A stretch of DNA of 64,000 nt, taken from the sequence record NC_103192.1, one strand, 5' to 3'. Below, in pieces: positions 47,543 through 57,116 of this stretch. This DNA comes from a phage. Position 1 is the first letter of the stretch. Each line of letters opens with the position of its first letter. A program made the translations under genes and the position numbers. The notes beneath the pieces were generated by a model, which saw only the letters and a program-made list of their open reading frames with translations, searched no databases and was not told the origin of the DNA.

Positions 47543-48123
47543 TAAGCATCTGCAAGATCGGCCTTACCTTGTGCCAAATTGATCCCATCCAGGAACCCAG
47601 GTTCAGATACTTCGCAGGCCTTAACCATCAACTTTTTATCCATTGTAACAGGTTTCTTCACAGTATGCTCTTTACCTGTCTTTTTGTCAAGCTTTTTCTT
47701 CTCCTCAAAAGCAAGTTCTTCAGGAAGATGACTACGAGCAAACTTTTTGGCAGTTGTTGGTGTCACTGTGTGGACCTTAAACAGGCCGTCATTTTCACAA
47801 TCAGCTAAGGCATCCCAAAGCATAATTTCAAGACCGTAAAACAACCCAGCCAGTTCACGTGTGGCATCCCCGCGTGATCCAAAGGAAAGCCCTTCCATAA
47901 CCACGGTGTCAACGTGATGCGTGTGGATATAATATCTGACCTGTTTGCAGATCCAGTCAATACGCTCAGCAGCTGTTGCAAAAGAAACCGTCCCTGGTTT
48001 CTTCTCTTTTGCAGATGAGCTTTGAGTTCGTAACACAACCTTATGAACAGGCTTTCCATCGTCCCATACAACGCAGGCTGTGTGGGTAAGAGACTGATCT
48101 ATAGACAGCAGTCTTTCTCTCAT
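47494..48123 (-). CDS. RuvC-like Holliday junction resolvase
   Basis: LLSIDQSLTHTACVV (Asp1), VVMEGLSFG (Glu), KADLADAYWIG (C-terminal acidic pair) in RuvC order. Confidence 0.6.
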   Translation of the reverse strand: MRERLLSIDQSLTHTACVVWDDGKPVHKVVLRTQSSSAKEKKPGTVSFATAAERIDWICKQVRYYIHTHHVDTVVMEGLSFGSRGDATRELAGLFYGLEIMLWDALADCENDGLFKVHTVTPTTAKKFARSHLPEELAFEEKKKLDKKTGKEHTVKKPVTMDKKLMVKACEVSEPGFLDGINLAQGKADLADAYWIGRAHLEGLSQSVK

Positions 48124-48446
48124 ACTGTTTCCTCTTCATGTGGGGAATAAGCTTTGTCTTTGAACAGCACAAGAGAGCAAAGCTTAACGTCTGTTTCCAC
48201 GCTGGTAAACATGCATAGCCGCTCGCCCTCAATCAGCTCACAATCCTCTTTTAAAACAGCAGACCATACACGATCATCTGCGTAATCATCAGTATACAAG
48301 ATGTATGCAATAGTGTCATCTTCATACAACCGCCACATACCTGTGGCAACAATAAATGTATTTTTTGTTTTAATGGTCCCTGTTGTATGATCATCCTCAA
48401 AAACAGCTTCCATAATTGCACTATCTACAGAATTTTTAGTCATCAA
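48120..48446 (-). CDS. Hypothetical protein
   Basis: 4-nt overlaps both sides. Confidence 0.4.
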   Translation of the reverse strand: MMTKNSVDSAIMEAVFEDDHTTGTIKTKNTFIVATGMWRLYEDDTIAYILYTDDYADDRVWSAVLKEDCELIEGERLCMFTSVETDVKLCSLVLFKDKAYSPHEEETV

Positions 48447-49582
48447 ATTGCTCCAACATTTCTAAGAACGTTAACAAGTTTTGTTTGATCATTGAATGTT
48501 CGCTTCATATACAAACAGTCAAAAATTATACTCATCCACTGACCTACGGAAATTCTACGATCAATACCGTTGAAGTCAGTATACTTAACAACACCTTTCG
48601 GGAACCACTTCTTGTACTGATCAATAATAGCCACCCACATCTCTTTTGGAGTGCTGCACTGAGACAGCAGGTAGAATGCTGAGGCATCCCCGAACTTACC
48701 CTTACCGATAAGTCCTTGATACGGCTTGATATTGTCAGCAGAGTCACCACACAGCATTTGGTATCCGAAGAACAGCATTCCGTAACCACCAACCTCTCCA
48801 TTAGGCTTCATGAAGATGTTCCCCATACCATTATCGATCAGCATAGGGGTTTCCCTCACAAAATCTCCCTTATCGTTTCGCATGGGATCGAACACAAGCC
48901 CCGGTAGTGTTCTTTGGTCCTTATCAATAGAGATAATAAACTTGTTGAACTTACCTGTTTTTTGGTAGTGGTTCCAACCTTCAAATTGCTGGATAGCTAA
49001 CCAGTCGTCAGCCTCGATACCGTTGATCACTTGAGCATTATACTGCTTTTGGAGATACTGTCTTGCATCTCCAAGCAGCAGTGGTCGAAGAGTATTGTTA
49101 CGGTTGGCTTTGTATCTTTCCGGCATTGGAAGATCTAGTCTGAAGTTACCTGTGCCTCCCAACACCCCGACACATCGCTCTTCCGGAATACCAAGATAGT
49201 TAAGAACTGCATTTGCCTTACATTTTATTGTGTGCAAGCAGTTTTCTACAGGATCAGGGGTTTGGATATCCAAGACATCAAAATCTTCGCGTGTCCACGG
49301 AATAAACTCCTTGCCAGCTTTTTTACATGCAGCTTCACGGTTGGTGTTCTCAGCCTTTAACCAACCGCCAACTGCGTTCTTCTGCCTCCCCCAAAACTCT
49401 GTTCGTGTTTTAAACACCTTCTTACGTCCGGAGGCTTTATGTGTTACCTCAATTGTCCTTTTTTCACAACTTGCTGCAGCTTGATATGCAACCTGATCGA
49501 AGTCATAATAAACTATAGCGTCAGGTTCAAGAAGATCAGCTAGACAATCTATGGACTCAATAAGTGGATATTCTCTACTCAA
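48443..49582 (-). CDS. 5'-3' exonuclease / flap endonuclease (RNase H family)
   Basis: VINGIEADDWLAIQ matches the FEN G.EADD.IA metal-site motif. Confidence 0.65.
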   Translation of the reverse strand: MSREYPLIESIDCLADLLEPDAIVYYDFDQVAYQAAASCEKRTIEVTHKASGRKKVFKTRTEFWGRQKNAVGGWLKAENTNREAACKKAGKEFIPWTREDFDVLDIQTPDPVENCLHTIKCKANAVLNYLGIPEERCVGVLGGTGNFRLDLPMPERYKANRNNTLRPLLLGDARQYLQKQYNAQVINGIEADDWLAIQQFEGWNHYQKTGKFNKFIISIDKDQRTLPGLVFDPMRNDKGDFVRETPMLIDNGMGNIFMKPNGEVGGYGMLFFGYQMLCGDSADNIKPYQGLIGKGKFGDASAFYLLSQCSTPKEMWVAIIDQYKKWFPKGVVKYTDFNGIDRRISVGQWMSIIFDCLYMKRTFNDQTKLVNVLRNVGAI

Positions 49583-49901
49583 AGACCCTCCTGTTAGTTA
49601 CTCTGCAAGATGGTTGGATGCTGTAATGGAATGCATCATCACTCTCTGCAATAAGCGACTCAACATCCCAATATTTTTCAAAAAGGAACGGATTAGACCC
49701 CCAGTGGTGGGTTATTTTCATCAAGGAGTCTGGTATCAGATAGCCACAAATCTTAATTACATCGCCAGGTTGAATGGTGTTTTCATGAAGGTTGCTTGCC
49801 TTCTTCAGGATCATACCTTTATGATTCTCGTTTGCATACAACTGGACAATATCTTTATCTTCAACAATAAAAATTTTAAGCATATCTGGAAATTTAAGCA
49901 T
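49575..49901 (-). CDS. Hypothetical protein
   Basis: ORF in array. Confidence 0.4.
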   Translation of the reverse strand: MLKFPDMLKIFIVEDKDIVQLYANENHKGMILKKASNLHENTIQPGDVIKICGYLIPDSLMKITHHWGSNPFLFEKYWDVESLIAESDDAFHYSIQPSCRVTNRRVFE

Positions 49902-49960
49902 ATCTGGTTCTCCTAGTTTATAAATGTTTGACTGATAATATCAGACTAATAACACTTTTG

Positions 49961-50254
49961 TCAAGACTTTTTAGTCTTCCTTGGAGAGCTTTTTGTTGAT
50001 CTTTTCCTTTTGTGGTAGATTCCAAGTGCGGCGTTTTCTTGTGCGCACGTTTTAACAGTTCTCAGACAAGAACTTTCAGCTTTAGGCAGGTTTAACTCCC
50101 ACCAACCAAGCCAGTAAAGTTCTGATTCAGACAACTGCTCAGATTCAGCCTTCCGATACAATGATTGCATACCTCTAATAATGTCGTCCAGAGGCGTATC
50201 AAATACAAAAGCTGTCTTATCGAATTTCTCTTTTACAGGTTTCTTAGCCATCAA
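49961..50254 (-). CDS. Hypothetical basic protein
   Basis: Basic C-terminal tail. Confidence 0.4.
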   Translation of the reverse strand: MMAKKPVKEKFDKTAFVFDTPLDDIIRGMQSLYRKAESEQLSESELYWLGWWELNLPKAESSCLRTVKTCAQENAALGIYHKRKRSTKSSPRKTKKS

Positions 50255-50759
50255 GGTAACCCTCTATCCACGAAAAGTCAGTCTTCCATTCCGGAACTTT
50301 ACTAAGCTCACGCCACTCTGCAAAGCAGTCTCGGTAATACGCCTCTGCCATACCCTTGGTGATCTTATTCACCTTAGCCAACTGATTAACTGCCTGAGCA
50401 TACTTTCCACGGATATTTGCTAACCCCGGATGCACCGATGTGTGACAATCTGGGCACAATGCTATCAATCCGACAAGCCGGATCACGCCCTCTTCGAAAG
50501 TGTAAAGTTCATGACACTCCACTGGGTGTTTGCTGCCTTTACCGCCGCACACCTCACAAGTGTAGTTGGCTTCTCTGTAGCACTTCTTACGGATCTTATC
50601 CCACTCACTCTTCTTCACAGCGTTTCGGAGGTTATTATACCAAGCTGTTTCTGGGATCAGTTGCACAATAAGCCTGCGTTCAGACTTCATTAAACGTCCG
50701 TCTTCCACGTGTTCTCCCTCATTCAAAGAAATGGGTGCGAGGGCAGGAACCTGCCTCAC
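50244..50759 (-). CDS. HNH-type zinc-finger nuclease-like protein
   Basis: CEVCGG...HPVECHE...LCPDCH pattern. Confidence 0.45.
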   Translation of the reverse strand: MRQVPALAPISLNEGEHVEDGRLMKSERRLIVQLIPETAWYNNLRNAVKKSEWDKIRKKCYREANYTCEVCGGKGSKHPVECHELYTFEEGVIRLVGLIALCPDCHTSVHPGLANIRGKYAQAVNQLAKVNKITKGMAEAYYRDCFAEWRELSKVPEWKTDFSWIEGYLDG

Positions 50760-50925
50760 CTTGTTTCACAAGCTCGTAGAGCTCCCCTTGGCTTGTCTCA
50801 TAAAGGCAAATACGTTTACCATTGTCCCGATATACATCGACAAGGTATGCTGTTTCACCTGCAAATACGACACCACAGGCCAAACATGCCACCATGAACA
50901 AAATTGCCAACAGAAAATCTTTCAT
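50719..50925 (-). CDS. Small secreted protein (signal peptide)
   Basis: SD gggaggg; hydrophobic N-terminus LLAILFMVACLACGVVFA. Confidence 0.45.
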   Translation of the reverse strand: MKDFLLAILFMVACLACGVVFAGETAYLVDVYRDNGKRICLYETSQGELYELVKQGEAGSCPRTHFFE

Positions 50926-50988
50926 GGTTAAACCCTCCCAAACATTTTATGAGGTGACAATACCACGTCCGTGTGGTTATGTCAACCA

Positions 50989-51468
50989 TTAATCCAGTAC
51001 TGTGCCTCCGGCTTTTCGGAAGACGTCCAGCATCTTCTCTATGTTTTCTACACGCTGATCATACAGTTTACCAGCCCCCGGTGGTGGTGGGAAACTTGCC
51101 CAACGGCTACGGCATTTATAGATAGCTGAACGGATCCTTCCTTCATAAATGTCATCAAGGGCTTTACATTCGCGGATCAACTGTTTTGCTATGGCATCCT
51201 GACTTGCCGGACCAAAATCTCTTAAGCCAAGCTGCTTCATGTAATGCTTAGCGTATTTCTCCAGAATTTGGTATCTGCCAAATGCTGAAGAGGTAAGGCC
51301 TGGTCTTAATTTGACATAAATACCGGGATGCCTGCTGAGATCCTCTATGTATTTTCCACCAACAAGGATGTGGTACGAAGCATCTTCGCCACCATATCTG
51401 TCAGTACCTTCTGAGTGTGAAATCATCGAAAAAAATGCTCTCAATTGTACATTTTTATCTAGCTTCAT
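50989..51468 (-). CDS. Lambda-R-like endolysin (lytic transglycosylase)
   Basis: AFFSMISHSEGTD, AFGRYQIL, WASFPPPPGAG, FRKAGGTV align with lambda R blocks. Confidence 0.75.
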   Translation of the reverse strand: MKLDKNVQLRAFFSMISHSEGTDRYGGEDASYHILVGGKYIEDLSRHPGIYVKLRPGLTSSAFGRYQILEKYAKHYMKQLGLRDFGPASQDAIAKQLIRECKALDDIYEGRIRSAIYKCRSRWASFPPPPGAGKLYDQRVENIEKMLDVFRKAGGTVLD

Positions 51469-51755
51469 TTAAACCTCCGATTAAACCACTCTTCCAACGA
51501 ATCATCATGTTTTGCATATTCTGCGGATTTTCTGACGCATACAGCATCCCACCACTCCGTGTATTGCCCCAAATGATACCTTTTGCTGTTTTCAGCAATC
51601 TGAACTTGCCACTTGTCAGTATCGTGTCTCCATTTAACACCTGTACACCCAGATGTGTTATTAAGTTTTAGTATTTTGCCTTTATAAGTACCTGAAACTA
51701 GCTCCCCATCTTTGTACCAAAATGCAAAATTATCATTGAAGAAGAAATTAATCAT
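51465..51755 (-). CDS. AP2-like DNA-binding domain protein
   Basis: GVKWRHDTDKWQVQI...YHLGQYTEWWDAV resembles AP2 domains of homing-endonuclease families. Confidence 0.45.
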   Translation of the reverse strand: MINFFFNDNFAFWYKDGELVSGTYKGKILKLNNTSGCTGVKWRHDTDKWQVQIAENSKRYHLGQYTEWWDAVCVRKSAEYAKHDDSLEEWFNRRFK

Positions 51756-51906
51756 TTTTTACTCTTCAATCTACTTATAGCATATCCGATCAACAACACT
51801 GTACAGCATGGTTATATTGCACAGTGCGAATATCAGGGCATATGCAGGTGCCAATTGAAAAAACCCTCATTCAATTGGCTACCGTTACCTACTGAACCTT
51901 CCTACA

Positions 51907-53190
51907 TCATTCCAGCACCTCCCAAGTGTCTGGGTTAACATTTCGAACGCAGATACCGACAGGGAATTGGTAGTTGTTGTCTTCTGTCCTTGCTTGGTAT
52001 TTGAAGGTGATAAACTTGCCGATCATTTCCTGCATCCTGTCATAGCTACGCTCCTCGTGAGTGCCTTTCATCTTCATTTTAACAACAACACCTTCCTTGT
52101 CAACACAGATAAGAACACCTTCATCATTCTTATCTTTCTCAACGTCAATAACTTTCACCTCTGCGTCGTTGAACTTTTTCCATTTCAATGCTTCAGATGT
52201 TCGCTGACCATACTCATATTTACCACAGAAATTACGCATGATAGTACCTTCATATCCTTCGGACATGAATATACCAACAGATTCTTCGCAATGATCAACT
52301 GTGTACGCAAGCTCTGCGTCAACAACCTTGATATGGTCAAGCATCAGAGTGGTAACGGTATCCTCTGCATCCATAAGATCCTTGCAGCGTCCAGACTCTG
52401 TTTCTGGATCCCACCACACCTTGTCGCTAGGAATATCAAAAATGTGATACTCCAGATCGTAGCTACAGTACCCACCATAACGCAAATCATCACGAACAGG
52501 CTCAACATCGACAGGAATATCTACCTTGTTGAAGTTTTTGTATGTTGATAAGCCTGCCTTAATTGCGGCATGACGGCGTTTTTTATCTGCCTCATAGTCT
52601 TTATCGATCTCGGCCTGAATCTCTTCCTGTGTGCGCCACCGTTTAGCAAGAGACACTATTTTCTGCAAAGGAAGACCATGAATGTATAGTTCCCCATCAA
52701 GTTGTTTAATCCCAGTGGTGAAGTGGAAAGAACGAAGTTGCTCCAGAAGCTTTCCTTGAATAGGGTAGGACTTATTACCACGGGAAATAAATTTAGGCTC
52801 ACCATTCTGGAAAACAACAAGTAGACGAAGGCCATCTAACTTACGCAAGATCCAGCAAGGTAATTTAAGTGCCTTGCCACGCTTCAGGTAGTCATGCACC
52901 AACATGGGTAAAAGGTCAACACCCTGCTCGCAATCTTCCATATTTTCAACATACCCCAGACGGACTTGTTTTTCCCACTTACTGATCGCTTCCAGCTCAG
53001 CCTGTTGCTCAGCTGTAGTTTCATTGGCACGACCCACGTTCTTAGGTGTGCAGATCGTCTCTTTGTATTGCAGTTTACCATCAAGCTTGCCAAACTCTAC
53101 GATAACCTTATCACCATCCGTGAATACTTTCCACTGTTGGTAGCTGCCATCTTTGTTCAGTGCGTACAGTGTTGTTTTGATCTGATGCAT
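51907..53190 (-). CDS. ATP-dependent polynucleotide ligase (DNA ligase-like)
   Basis: Motif I RKLDGLR (KxDGxR), motif IV EGTIMR, motif V LKWKKF. Confidence 0.6.
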   Translation of the reverse strand: MHQIKTTLYALNKDGSYQQWKVFTDGDKVIVEFGKLDGKLQYKETICTPKNVGRANETTAEQQAELEAISKWEKQVRLGYVENMEDCEQGVDLLPMLVHDYLKRGKALKLPCWILRKLDGLRLLVVFQNGEPKFISRGNKSYPIQGKLLEQLRSFHFTTGIKQLDGELYIHGLPLQKIVSLAKRWRTQEEIQAEIDKDYEADKKRRHAAIKAGLSTYKNFNKVDIPVDVEPVRDDLRYGGYCSYDLEYHIFDIPSDKVWWDPETESGRCKDLMDAEDTVTTLMLDHIKVVDAELAYTVDHCEESVGIFMSEGYEGTIMRNFCGKYEYGQRTSEALKWKKFNDAEVKVIDVEKDKNDEGVLICVDKEGVVVKMKMKGTHEERSYDRMQEMIGKFITFKYQARTEDNNYQFPVGICVRNVNPDTWEVLE

Positions 53191-53459
53191 TACTCAGCCT
53201 CTTCCTTAAAAATTTTAAACATCTCTTCTTTACTCATTACCAACCAGTCTCCCATAAAGTCAACTAACCAATCCCCCTGGTATAATACCAGGTTACCAAA
53301 CGGCTCAACAAGCTCACACATGCGACGAATATCTCTGGTCCGAACAGGTGACCATGTAAACACGCCTGTATCAATCCACCGTTGCAGATCAGATACTGAT
53401 GAAGAGCTTCCGTCAAACTGGTGTGCTTCTACAGGTTTAGCAAGATTAAATAACGGCAT
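53190..53459 (-). CDS. Hypothetical protein
   Basis: 1-nt overlap with ligase. Confidence 0.4.
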   Translation of the reverse strand: MPLFNLAKPVEAHQFDGSSSSVSDLQRWIDTGVFTWSPVRTRDIRRMCELVEPFGNLVLYQGDWLVDFMGDWLVMSKEEMFKIFKEEAE

Positions 53460-53805
53460 TGCAGTCCTCCTTCTCTAATAGGTCTTTTATCGGGTAAACA
53501 AGCAGGTGTGGATCGTAATAATTTATAGTCTTATTCTGCCACACTATGAACTTAATTACAACTAAATTTACCACATCTTTATCTCCATGTAGTCCAACGC
53601 ACAAATTTGTCCATATTTTGTGGTTGAATACTTTGCTGTCGATGTAGATCTTAGTGTCAAACTTATCCTCTATCCTGCCTATGAGTTTAACCAACTCTTT
53701 CATCTGATCCCCAAACACAGCATCGTTTTCAAGATCTCTAGAGTGCTTGTACATAACTATCTGCCTCACTTGCATACTTTCCACAACAAGTAAAGCCGGG
53801 ATCAC
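53446..53805 (-). CDS. Hypothetical protein
   Basis: ORF in array. Confidence 0.4.
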   Translation of the reverse strand: MIPALLVVESMQVRQIVMYKHSRDLENDAVFGDQMKELVKLIGRIEDKFDTKIYIDSKVFNHKIWTNLCVGLHGDKDVVNLVVIKFIVWQNKTINYYDPHLLVYPIKDLLEKEDCNAVI

Positions 53806-53817
53806 CCGGCTATGTTG

Positions 53818-54531
53818 TTAAATATACTCTGTTACATCCTTGAAGCTTGAAGGCTTCATGATCTTACCTTTACTGTCAAGGAATATGATAACTTTATTAC
53901 CGTTGTAGAATTCTTCCTTAGCAACAAAACCTTCATATCGACCATCAAAGCGTCGCTCAAGATCTTTAATCTCCAACTCGATGAGTTGTTCAGCAGGCAT
54001 ATCTGCACTGGCACCGTGTGAATACCGTAGATGATTTACCCGTGCAAACTTGCTGTCATTCGATTTGAGAACCTTACGCATCATCCCGCACACATCGCCG
54101 CGAAGCTGGAACAGCAAAGCTGTTGACAACTCTGCTAAGCGGTAAGCGGATGCTCTTTGCTTAGAGGTGTTTTTCGCAGCGATCAGTGTATCATAGAACT
54201 CACCGATCTTGAACTTAAGACCCTGCGGATTATCAAACAGGTCTGACCACATTTTGTGATTATCATTAACAAGATAAGCGGCATAACTTGTGACAACGTG
54301 AAGATCGCAGGCCTCTTTTAGCAGGTGATCTCCGCCATCACCTTTCTCCAGCTCTTCCAAAACTTCATTGAACTCTTCCTCAATGAAGCTAAGCTGTAAT
54401 TCGAACGGTGTGTATGATTTTTTCACTTTAGCTGCCACACGGTTCCAATTTTCCACCCAGTTGGCAGACCAAAGGTAGTTTTCAGGCTGAGACAGTTTTT
54501 CCAGGTTGTCGATCAGTTTAGTATTCAGCAT
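53818..54531 (-). CDS. Hypothetical protein, possible MazG-like NTP pyrophosphohydrolase
   Basis: FIEEEFNEVLEELEKGD...LLKEACDL resembles the MazG EExxE...E..D metal site; weak. Confidence 0.3.
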   Translation of the reverse strand: MLNTKLIDNLEKLSQPENYLWSANWVENWNRVAAKVKKSYTPFELQLSFIEEEFNEVLEELEKGDGGDHLLKEACDLHVVTSYAAYLVNDNHKMWSDLFDNPQGLKFKIGEFYDTLIAAKNTSKQRASAYRLAELSTALLFQLRGDVCGMMRKVLKSNDSKFARVNHLRYSHGASADMPAEQLIELEIKDLERRFDGRYEGFVAKEEFYNGNKVIIFLDSKGKIMKPSSFKDVTEYI

Positions 54532-54545
54532 TAAAAGGCCTCCGC

Positions 54546-55307
54546 TTACAGTTCCATAAAGTTTTCTACGATGTCAATGAATGTTTTATCAGAGAAAGCG
54601 TCAACCGCCCCGTTAAACCAAACTGGGATGCCGCGATCCTCATACTGGTAAATGTCACTACGTGAAATGCCATTCTCCCCTAAATGCTGTGAGTCGTATT
54701 TGTTAACGATCAGTAGTTTAGTCCCCTTACTACAGGCAGGAAACAGCTCCCAGTTAAAATTGATAACTGTGTTGGAGCACCCTACAAGAATAACCATATC
54801 ATTGCTAGTCAGAGAAGTCAACAGGTCATACATGTCTGTATACTTTGGAGCTACTTCTCCGAAGAACACTACATTAGGCTTGACCCAAGTATACTTGCTT
54901 GCATCTACCTCAGAGTATCCAATGTCTTTAATGACGTCACTCCCCTCATCATCCTCATAGACTATTTCTGGCAAATATCCGTGGACATGTAAAATATCTT
55001 CATGTTTTACACCAGCACGCTCCAGCAAATCATCTACATTGGTGGTCAGGTTGATCACACGACCAGACCAGCGGGAATACCACTCAGCGATCCGAAGATG
55101 CGCAAGGTTAGGATCAACACTGCCCAGAGCTACACGTCGTGCATTGTAAAAGTCATGCACCTTATAGTAGTTCTTGGCAAAGGTGTGGATGTTACACACC
55201 TCATCGATGCTGAAATTCTCCCACATTGCAGTGCCACCAGACCGGAAAGTGGGGATACCAGATTCAGCGCTCAAACCAGCACCGGAGATAATGATCAGTC
55301 GTCGCAT
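54546..55307 (-). CDS. Sir2-family NAD-dependent deacylase/ADP-ribosyltransferase
   Basis: GAGLSAESGIPTFRSGG...MWENF, TTNVDDLLERAG, VHGYL catalytic His; no clear Zn-ribbon cysteines. Confidence 0.75.
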   Translation of the reverse strand: MRRLIIISGAGLSAESGIPTFRSGGTAMWENFSIDEVCNIHTFAKNYYKVHDFYNARRVALGSVDPNLAHLRIAEWYSRWSGRVINLTTNVDDLLERAGVKHEDILHVHGYLPEIVYEDDEGSDVIKDIGYSEVDASKYTWVKPNVVFFGEVAPKYTDMYDLLTSLTSNDMVILVGCSNTVINFNWELFPACSKGTKLLIVNKYDSQHLGENGISRSDIYQYEDRGIPVWFNGAVDAFSDKTFIDIVENFMEL

Positions 55308-55315
55308 AAGTGTCC

Positions 55316-55666
55316 TCAGTAGATGTTTTGTTTAATCTCTATTCCAAACTTTTTAAACGAGTCAGCTGCAAGCATGAATTTACGAGCAGCTGATGGGTTA
55401 GAAGTATGCACGAAAATCTTCACGTTGTCAACTACAGGAGGCTTACCAAATACAAATTTTTCCTCTAGGAGGCAGAAGCAATCGTATCCTTCAAGAATTT
55501 CTCCCAAGTCGCTGTCAAAATGCCACTCAGAAACGCGCCTGTAGAGCTTTCCCTTATCGTTAATAAAATCCATAAACTCAGAAGAATTCTTTAGCCACAG
55601 AGCGTCTGGGAGTCCATAATCTGACGGATCTCTAAAATCATCAAGCCACACAATCCACTTCTTCAT
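55316..55666 (-). CDS. Hypothetical protein
   Basis: 4-nt overlap with upstream ligase gene. Confidence 0.4.
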   Translation of the reverse strand: MKKWIVWLDDFRDPSDYGLPDALWLKNSSEFMDFINDKGKLYRRVSEWHFDSDLGEILEGYDCFCLLEEKFVFGKPPVVDNVKIFVHTSNPSAARKFMLAADSFKKFGIEIKQNIY

Positions 55667-56598
55667 TGCATATAGTCCTCGTTGTGGAAATAGTAGTCCA
55701 GTATCTCACGACGCTCCTGCTCTAATAAGCAATTCCACACATCTTCTGTATAGTTGCTACGAATAAATTTTACCATACCGTAAAACTCTTCGTCAACACG
55801 TTTAAAGATATCATCATCCCAAATCTTCCAAGCTTTACCCCTCATTACGGCCTTCCGTGCCAAATAGTATGGAGACTTGATCTTCAGCTGCAGATCATAA
55901 GGGTAGTAAGGCTTACGAATCATATACCCTTCACCTCTTGTTTCTGCAGCTAATTCTTTTGCATAGCTGAACGGAATTTCACGCACAGTGTGAGGACGTT
56001 TTGCACCAAGGTATTTGGCAATCCCATCTAAAGCTGCTTCTGGTAGCATTATTCCAGAATCATTATATCTGCAACCTATCAAATATGCGCCATGATCTTC
56101 CTGAACAATATGCGGATCTGAAGGGTGACAAATTTCAAACATGAATGTCATGTTTTCATGGCCCATAACCTTCTTGATAAGATCTAAATTACCACATTGC
56201 TCCTGGATGGTTTCCTTTGCAAGGTTACAATATGGAGAATCAAGAGACCCGGTTGTTGAAAACAATAGTTCACCTTTATGAGATGATACCACACCAAGGA
56301 ATCCGTTCTTTTTCTCTACCACCGTCACAAGTTTATTGTCAGGCAGGTTGGTGGAATTTTCTCCCAAGTTAAACACTTTTGTGAAGGGCCATGCCACAAC
56401 ATTTCCTTCATTACCGACAACAATGCCTCGGCACTCCAGCAAACGAGGAGACAAATGCCATAAATTGTTGTAGAATACTTTTCTGGCATATTTATAGATC
56501 TTTAACCCAAGATCCGGGTAATATCTGCTGGTTACAAGACCTTTGTCAACTAGGTCGTCTGCATTAAAATACTTCATCATACATTCCTCATTTGTCAT
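55663..56598 (-). CDS. RNA ligase-like nucleotidyltransferase
   Basis: Motif I VVEKKNGFLG, motif IV EGYMIRK, motif V LKIKSPYYL; context with kinase and phosphoesterase. Confidence 0.5.
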   Translation of the reverse strand: MTNEECMMKYFNADDLVDKGLVTSRYYPDLGLKIYKYARKVFYNNLWHLSPRLLECRGIVVGNEGNVVAWPFTKVFNLGENSTNLPDNKLVTVVEKKNGFLGVVSSHKGELLFSTTGSLDSPYCNLAKETIQEQCGNLDLIKKVMGHENMTFMFEICHPSDPHIVQEDHGAYLIGCRYNDSGIMLPEAALDGIAKYLGAKRPHTVREIPFSYAKELAAETRGEGYMIRKPYYPYDLQLKIKSPYYLARKAVMRGKAWKIWDDDIFKRVDEEFYGMVKFIRSNYTEDVWNCLLEQERREILDYYFHNEDYMQ

Positions 56599-56698
56599 TT
56601 TGTCCCTTTATTCTGCCACACAAATAACCCAGTGTCAACACTTGAAATTAACAAAACCGTTAGGTATACTATCATTCAAATTAAAACGGAGGGTTACT
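56599..56698. promoter_or_regulatory. Divergent promoter region between the minus-strand and plus-strand blocks
   Basis: Plus: TTGAAA, 17 nt, TATACT ahead of 56699; minus: TTGACA-containing sequence ahead of 56598. Confidence 0.5.
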
Positions 56699-57109
56699 AT
56701 GTCTAAAATGCTATATATCGTGCGTGGTCTACCAGGGTCTGGCAAATCAACACTGGCAAATGCGCTATCTTTAGAAGGTCTGTACCCACATTTTGAGAAC
56801 GACATGTTCTGGTACGACGATGACGGCAATTACAACTGGGATGCAAGTAAAGTAACACTTGCAGCAAAATGGTGCAAAGATAACGTAGAAGATATGATGC
56901 GTATGGGATACGACCGTATCGTGGTAAGTAATACGTTTACAAAAGAAAAATATGTTCAAGAATATATTGACATGGCGATCAGTCATGGATATAGTTATAC
57001 CGTGATCGTGGTTGAAAACCGCCATGGTAATAAAAGCATTCATGATGTTCCAGACAGGGTTGTGGATCGTATGGAACGCCAGCTTAAAAACTGCATTAAA
57101 CTTAAATGA
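56699..57109 (+). CDS. Polynucleotide kinase-like P-loop kinase
   Basis: Walker A GLPGSGKST at residues 10-18; SD ggaggg; 137 aa. Confidence 0.6.
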   Translation: MSKMLYIVRGLPGSGKSTLANALSLEGLYPHFENDMFWYDDDGNYNWDASKVTLAAKWCKDNVEDMMRMGYDRIVVSNTFTKEKYVQEYIDMAISHGYSYTVIVVENRHGNKSIHDVPDRVVDRMERQLKNCIKLK

Positions 57110-57116
57110 GGGATGT

